A DNA stretch of 64,000 nucleotides from a virus. Its lineage: Duplodnaviria; Caudoviricetes. Positions within the stretch are counted from its first letter, which is position 1, and every line of letters starts with the position of its first letter. Below the pieces are notes generated by a model. That model did not search any database and was not told the DNA's origin. It saw only the letters and a list, made by a program, of their open reading frames with translations. Made by a program: the position numbers and the translations under genes. Shown here piece by piece: positions 58,784 through 64,000 of this stretch. The stretch covers positions 512 through 64,511 of IMG/VR virus record IMGVR_UViG_3300028392_000067, one strand, 5' to 3'.

Positions 58784-59764
58784 CTATGAGACGTAATCAT
58801 TATTTTTCATTGATTGCAAATAATTTGTATCATTTTTTGCTAAATTATTCATTAAATATAATAAATCACTATCTTTAAATGTACTTCTTAATCTATCTAT
58901 TATTAATCCAGGTTTTTTAGGAGGTGCTACATTTGGCAAATCTCCCTTTTTTAAACTTCTTTCACTTGGTAATGTTTGTTGTGTAGTACCTGCTTGCCAA
59001 CCACGCTGCCATCTTGGTGTATTTACTTCTCCTAACTTATATAATTTATCTAACATTTCAGGAGTAAATGATCCTGGTTTATTTTCAGCTGCATCCCAAA
59101 TACCATATTTAGCAGCTAAATATCTTAAAGCCATTATATCAGCTCTTTGTTCTGTTACAAGATCATCATGTGCACCATTAACAGATCTATGCGCTTCACG
59201 AGTTGTCCAATCCTTTAAATTAGATAATCTATAATCACCAGTAGTTGGGAAATTATACATTGGTGTCCCATCGGAATAACGAGGTATATTTTCGCTTGCT
59301 CTTTCTATCATATATTTTGCATCATTCTTCCTATTAGGACCTGTACTTCTAGCATTGTTCCTATCAAGCATTATAAATAAATTCCTAGGTTGATGTGCAA
59401 GTATTTCTTGGTCATTATAATGACCTACTTCATGAGCTAATGCGGAAGATCTTGATTGATTTTCATAAAAGTTTGGATCACCCATATTAATATTTCTATC
59501 AATTAATTGAGTTATTTTTTGTCTGCCTGATGGGTATTGATCATCAAAAGTATATGTTAAATTATTTATTCCTTCTAATGTTTGTTTACTTACAGCATCT
59601 GATTGATTTGGGAAACCTCCATTACCTTGATCATATAATTGTTGTTTGAAAAAAGGAGATTTATAATATTTATTATACCAGTCAATTATTTGCTGTTTAT
59701 CAGGAGCTTGATTTCTTTTTTCTCTAGGGTCTGGTTTTGAAACTTTCATTTGAAACAATGCCAT
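58784..59764 (-). CDS. zincin-motif protein, possibly virion cargo
   Basis: ALAHEVGH plus downstream EQRADIMALRY. Confidence 0.55.
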   Translation of the reverse strand: MALFQMKVSKPDPREKRNQAPDKQQIIDWYNKYYKSPFFKQQLYDQGNGGFPNQSDAVSKQTLEGINNLTYTFDDQYPSGRQKITQLIDRNINMGDPNFYENQSRSSALAHEVGHYNDQEILAHQPRNLFIMLDRNNARSTGPNRKNDAKYMIERASENIPRYSDGTPMYNFPTTGDYRLSNLKDWTTREAHRSVNGAHDDLVTEQRADIMALRYLAAKYGIWDAAENKPGSFTPEMLDKLYKLGEVNTPRWQRGWQAGTTQQTLPSERSLKKGDLPNVAPPKKPGLIIDRLRSTFKDSDLLYLMNNLAKNDTNYLQSMKNNDYVS

Positions 59765-59770
59765 GATATA

Positions 59771-60142
59771 TTATTTTAAACTAAGTAAAAAAAGTGTTTC
59801 TGCATACAATTGAGATATTTCATCAATTTGATTTTGAATCCAAGTTTCTTGATAAACACTTTTTCTTTCTTTTTCAATAGTATTATAAACAGTTTTAAAA
59901 TATTTAATTACTTGTTCTACATTTTTATAATCTACTGGGCTATCAAGTTCATAATGAGTTGGTCTATCATAAATACCACTTACACTTTCTACTAAACCAT
60001 CAGTTAATTCAACTATTTCATTATAAAAATTATTTAATGCTTCATGAACAGCACGAGAATCAGTTTGATGATGCCAAACCACTGATTGTTCAAAAGAATC
60101 TTTTAAATAAGATACTAAATAAGAAAATTTTTCACTAGACAT
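59771..60142 (-). CDS. ferritin/Dps-like protein (DUF5856-like)
   Basis: WHHQT.S.A.HEAL..FY...D.LVE; likely start 60142. Confidence 0.7.
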   Translation of the reverse strand: MSSEKFSYLVSYLKDSFEQSVVWHHQTDSRAVHEALNNFYNEIVELTDGLVESVSGIYDRPTHYELDSPVDYKNVEQVIKYFKTVYNTIEKERKSVYQETWIQNQIDEISQLYAETLFLLSLK

Positions 60143-60162
60143 ATAATTTATTTTATTTTTAT

Positions 60163-60942
60163 TTAATATTCTATTACTGAACCTATTTTTGGTGCAGGCC
60201 CTGTATTGCCAGTTTGTTTCCACCATTTATAATATTGCTCATCAGTCATTGGTCCTCCGTATTTTGTTCCTCCAGGATTTTCTTTTTGATACTTTTTTAA
60301 CATTCTTCTATCTAATCCACGTTGTATTTGTCTTACTAAATTATACCAATGAGGAGCATGACCTTGTTCATCATATCCACCTAAACCACCCCAAGCTTCT
60401 GGTGTTCCCCATGCACTCCATTCGGGTCTTTTAACTACATATCTGCCATGTTTTTCATTTTCATTTACTAATTTTTGTTCTAAAGGTGTAGTAATTGGAG
60501 TAACAACTGGATTTGGTTTTAATCTAACTTCATCATTACTTATATTTATTAATGGTTGTCTTGGAGTTAAATTTTCTTTTTCCAATAAAATAGGTTCTCC
60601 CATAGGTAATTTTGGTCTAAACATCATCATGTCAAGTGTTCTTGCTCCAAGCATATTATCTGCATATGTTCCAGCTCTTGGTTTGCCATATTTAGCTTCC
60701 ATTGCTTTTATAGCATCTCTTCCTTCTGGTGTTTTCATTAACATATCATATTGAGCTTGTTGGAATTCTCTATTTGATGTAGTTGGAAGATTATATTTTC
60801 TAGCATACTCTATTAAATCATCTGGTGTTAAACCACCTGAAGAAAAAGAATTACTTAAACCAGTAGGAGTTTTTTCTTTACTTTCATAAAGAGTTAAACC
60901 TGTACCTGGTACTTTTCTCATTGAACGAATTCCTACTGGCAT
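60163..60942 (-). CDS. hypothetical late protein
   Basis: 259-aa ORF. Confidence 0.55.
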   Translation of the reverse strand: MPVGIRSMRKVPGTGLTLYESKEKTPTGLSNSFSSGGLTPDDLIEYARKYNLPTTSNREFQQAQYDMLMKTPEGRDAIKAMEAKYGKPRAGTYADNMLGARTLDMMMFRPKLPMGEPILLEKENLTPRQPLINISNDEVRLKPNPVVTPITTPLEQKLVNENEKHGRYVVKRPEWSAWGTPEAWGGLGGYDEQGHAPHWYNLVRQIQRGLDRRMLKKYQKENPGGTKYGGPMTDEQYYKWWKQTGNTGPAPKIGSVIEY

Positions 60943-60980
60943 ATTATTTGTTTTTTATGTTTATAATATTTTGTGCTAAT

Positions 60981-61265
60981 TTACGATTTTTTATGTGTAT
61001 TGGCAAAATTTCTAGCGGCTTCAACACTACCAAATCCCCAGGCTTTAAGTGCTAATGCCTTACGAGTAGGTTCACCATTAGGTTTTTTCATAGCTCCCAT
61101 CATACCTGAGAATCTAGCTGCAAATGCAACTCTTCTAGGATTAGTACCTGATTTAACTGGTGCTTTAAGATGACCACCATGAGCATGATTATAAGAATCA
61201 CGACCTTTTTGGTTTAACCCACCTTCAGGATTTTTACCTTCTTTTTTCTGCCAAGCTTCTGACAT
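60981..61265 (-). CDS. DUF6321-like basic phage protein
   Basis: GGLNQKGR...LKAPV...RR.AFAARF...NGEPTRKALALKAWG. Confidence 0.7.
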   Translation of the reverse strand: MSEAWQKKEGKNPEGGLNQKGRDSYNHAHGGHLKAPVKSGTNPRRVAFAARFSGMMGAMKKPNGEPTRKALALKAWGFGSVEAARNFANTHKKS

Positions 61266-61267
61266 AA

Positions 61268-61423
61268 TTATTTTTTTTCTTGTGCTTTAATTTTCTTTTC
61301 TTGTTTTAACATTTCTGCAGTAGGCTTTTTACCTGAGCCAGCAGCTGCACGAATATTATCCCATAAACCACGTGGAGAATACGAACCATTAGCTCGCTTC
61401 ATCATTTTTAATTTACTTTTCAT
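61268..61423 (-). CDS. small basic protein (51 aa, not in track)
   Basis: MKSKLKMMKRANGSYSPRGLWDNIR... Confidence 0.5.
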   Translation of the reverse strand: MKSKLKMMKRANGSYSPRGLWDNIRAAAGSGKKPTAEMLKQEKKIKAQEKK

Positions 61424-61438
61424 ACGCTAATTTACGAA

Positions 61439-62217
61439 TTATCTGTGGCAAAAAGCACCACAACTAGTATCTTTCTTTAAAGATTTATATAATTTCTCTA
61501 TATCTGGAAACATCATTTTCTCCCTTTCGCAATCTACCATTAAATCTCTAAGCCTTTTACCATTCCCCATTATAGAATAAAATTTCTTTCTTTTGTCTTG
61601 TATTTTCTCCTCAAATTCTACCATTTCCATAAATTCTGAATTATTTAAATGATACATAGCTTTATATTCTTTTTCAGACTTAAAAAAGCACATTCTACAT
61701 CCACCTCTTAACATATACACAGGGAAATTTGGGTGCATACCATTTTTTCTAAGTATTTCCTCACAATCATCTCGATCGTAACCATCTTCAATCAATGGAT
61801 AGGTATATTTAACATTTGGCATTGCTTCTAAACTTCCAGTTCTACCTTGTTCATCATAATTAAAACCAATCATTAACTCACATTCTCCTTGTTCTTTTAA
61901 ATACTTATCTATTGGTGCAGCTTTAAAGTAATTAGTACAAAATCTCATCTGTTGGCTAGGCATGACCTTACAAGCTACTATAAGATTCTCAAGACTAGTA
62001 TATAATTGTTTTTTATACAATTTCCCCCCCCTATTCTAACTAAGCTAAAATCGTTTTTATGGTACTCTTTTAGGTACTCTTCAACCTTATTTATTCTGTT
62101 ATACATTTCTTTATGCTCTGCACCTGTATCACACCAAATAGCTGTTGCACCTTTACCATAAAGTAAACACATAGTAGTAGATTCAACTCCTCCACTAAAA
62201 CTTATAAATTTTTTCAT
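61439..62217 (-). CDS. PAPS-reductase/PP-loop family protein with Fe-S-type Cys, requiring -1 shift at G8 (62024-62031)
   Basis: SFSGGVES and DTGAEH upstream; RFCT..FK..PI, IGF..DE..R, YPL, GCRMCFF, SCGAFC downstream in -1 frame. Confidence 0.75.
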
Positions 62218-62228
62218 ATTTTATTAAT

Positions 62229-62516
62229 TTACGAATTTTTTAAAAACCAAGCTAAAGTTCCTTCTTTTGGCTCATTTTTGGCATCTTGTTTATTTGAAAC
62301 TATTGACGCCTTTTGATTAATATCCTCTAATTTTGAGGCATTAATTTCATAAGGAGGCATATTTTTAAATGGTGCTCCTCTTTTTATTTCTCTAGAACCA
62401 TAATTGTCCATTAAATAATTTACTACTTGCTGAACAGATGTCAAATTCTGCTCTTTTTGAATTATATCCAACTTATCTAAGTCAAATCTAACTCCAATTG
62501 GTTTGCTTTTTGCCAT
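62229..62516 (-). CDS. ribbon-helix-helix-like regulator
   Basis: KPIGVRFD beta strand plus two helices; palindromes upstream. Confidence 0.55.
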   Translation of the reverse strand: MAKSKPIGVRFDLDKLDIIQKEQNLTSVQQVVNYLMDNYGSREIKRGAPFKNMPPYEINASKLEDINQKASIVSNKQDAKNEPKEGTLAWFLKNS

Positions 62517-62526
62517 AATTTTAAAT

Positions 62527-62567
62527 TGTAGCTACAAAATTAGGAAAAAATTTGAAATGTAGCTACA
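62527..62567. promoter_or_regulatory. two TGTAGCTACA palindromes (62527-62536, 62558-62567), the first overlapping a TAATTTTG promoter
   Basis: exact 10-bp palindromes 31 bp apart; half site at 62592. Confidence 0.6.
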
Positions 62568-62915
62568 AAAATTAAATTAATTATTTCAAAATGTAGCCCC
62601 CAATCCCCCCCCTAATCCCCCCAACATACAAAGAAATAAAGAGAAGCGACCACCACAAACAAAACAAAACGCAACCAATTGCAAGAGAAAAACCACCAAC
62701 CCAAAACCCCCGAAACCCTCACCACCACCACCACACAAAACAAAGGCAAGGGCAAAACCTAAAAACGAGGTACACAGTTAAGGGAATGCGAGACCCCGAA
62801 GAAGAAGCAACGGCCAACCGCGGGGGGTACCCTTAAGCAGGTATTGATGGAGTTGTTTTCAAAAAATAGGGTGTTATGGAATTAAAAAATGTGGTATATT
62901 TGGTAAAAATTTGGT

Positions 62916-63173
62916 ATGCAATTTATGTCATCTGGTAACGAAAGAATAGAAGAAGTACCAAACGAATCAAAATATAAGAATATGAAACCAAAATTAGGAT
63001 CAGGAGAAAGATTTGCAGAAATCGAAAATAAGGCCTCAAAATCGTACGAAAAAAAAGGAATGAGCCCTGAACATGCCAAAGAAGTTGGAGCAGCAATAGC
63101 AGCCGCTATAGGCCGAAAAAAGTACGGTGCAAAGAAGTTTAGTAAGTTATCTGCAATGGCCCGAAAAAAATAG
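62916..63173 (+). CDS. small basic phage protein
   Basis: KLGSGERF...AIAAAIGRKKYG; TATATTTG promoter at 62895. Confidence 0.6.
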   Translation: MQFMSSGNERIEEVPNESKYKNMKPKLGSGERFAEIENKASKSYEKKGMSPEHAKEVGAAIAAAIGRKKYGAKKFSKLSAMARKK

Positions 63174-63203
63174 CCCATACATAGATACGGTTTAGTAAAT
63201 AGG

Positions 63204-63229
63204 CCTCCCTTAAAAAAGGAGGTTTTTTT
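63204..63229 (+). terminator. intrinsic terminator
   Basis: CCTCC...GGAGG hairpin + T7. Confidence 0.7.
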
Positions 63230-63273
63230 GTTGATTTCACCATTGTGATGTATATTGCATCAAACATCATCAC

Positions 63274-63456
63274 ATGAAAAAAAGAATAACAATTAGCCTT
63301 TCTGAAGAAAGTTACATCAAACTACAACTTTTAGCAGAAAAGAAAAAATGGTCATTAAGTAAAACGGTAGAAGATATTTTAGAAAGACAGTTAGCCAAAC
63401 ACAAAACAGAAATTAAAACCATAGCTGGCATAGCTTATGAAAAAAATAACTTTTAG
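63274..63456 (+). CDS. ribbon-helix-helix (CopG-like) regulator
   Basis: KKRITISLSEE.Y.KL..LA.....SLS..VE; upstream TGATG-N7-CATCA dyad. Confidence 0.7.
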   Translation: MKKRITISLSEESYIKLQLLAEKKKWSLSKTVEDILERQLAKHKTEIKTIAGIAYEKNNF

Positions 63457-63892
63457 TATAACACCTCAAACTCACGTAAGAGCAACACAAGGTGATTCAA
63501 TATTTTTTAGAATACCAAGAGAAAAGCTTAGGCCATCTGGACTCAAAAGATTACTAAGACTAGAAAGATACAACAATTATAAACTTGAACTTGGAGCAGA
63601 AGCAAAAAGGAAGGGATTTGTTATGCCTCCAATTGGGTGCTCAATTACCTTTATTATTCCCGTTCCAAAATCCTGGTCAAAGAAAAAAAAGAAATTGTAT
63701 CATGGCAGATTTCACCAATCAAAACCAGACTTAGACAATTTACTAAAAGCATTCATGGATTCCCTAATGACAGAAGACAAGCAAATCGCACACATCGAAC
63801 TATCAAAAAGATGGGTTGACTTTGAAATGGGATGGATAGAAATATCCTACAAAGACTACGAAGAAGTTCTTGATTTACCCTGTCCAAAGTAG
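63437..63892 (+). CDS. rusA: RusA-family Holliday junction resolvase
   Basis: PKSWSKKKK...KPDLDNLLKAFMDSL..ED. Confidence 0.85.
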   Translation: MKKITFSITPQTHVRATQGDSIFFRIPREKLRPSGLKRLLRLERYNNYKLELGAEAKRKGFVMPPIGCSITFIIPVPKSWSKKKKKLYHGRFHQSKPDLDNLLKAFMDSLMTEDKQIAHIELSKRWVDFEMGWIEISYKDYEEVLDLPCPK

Positions 63893-64000
63893 GCCTCCTC
63901 AAAGAATAGGCTTTTATGAGTATTATATACACGCATAACGTACTTAACATAATATAAATTATAAGTATTAATATTTTAAACATTCTAGCAATCTTAAAAC

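Noticed and set aside
1-64000. Stop-codon reassignment as in some crAss-like phages
   Set aside because: Standard code gives dense, intact long genes; TAG and TGA end real genes; the tRNA has anticodon TTG, not a suppressor
1-64000. Prophage or temperate lifestyle
   Set aside because: No integrase, att-like junction or host genes recognised

Overview
The window is most or all of an AT-rich, apparently lytic tailed-phage genome with podovirus architecture: terminase, 825-aa portal, scaffold, 469-aa major capsid, three ring/tubular proteins, muzzle and ejection proteins. The host is probably Bacteroidota, judged from repeated TAnnTTTG promoters and A-rich leaders without Shine-Dalgarno sites. 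Layout: early/host-takeover genes (1-6.7 kb, +), lysis (8.9-10.3 kb), glycosyltransferase cluster (10.4-16.4 kb), tail/virion and head/packaging genes (16.4-49.7 kb, -), replication/recombination (50.6-57 kb), tRNA-Gln, late small genes and a strongly skewed non-coding end region (62.5-62.9 kb). I found no integrase, RNA/DNA polymerase, CRISPR or DGR. Strongest leads: (1) a probable virion O-glycosylation system, with an Aah/TibC-like GT, a plant GT95/GT96-like GT and two further GT fusions beside a (Gly-Thr/Ser-Ser)n fibre and several poly-Thr virion proteins; (2) two putative DNA-modification genes, each broken by a -1 shift at a poly-G tract, one with M.EcoHK31I-like dual-frame coding; (3) a muzzle gene split by mucin-like modules; (4) several unnamed early-region RNA/DNA motifs and a candidate antisense sRNA. 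All product calls come from motif recognition by eye; no searches were run.
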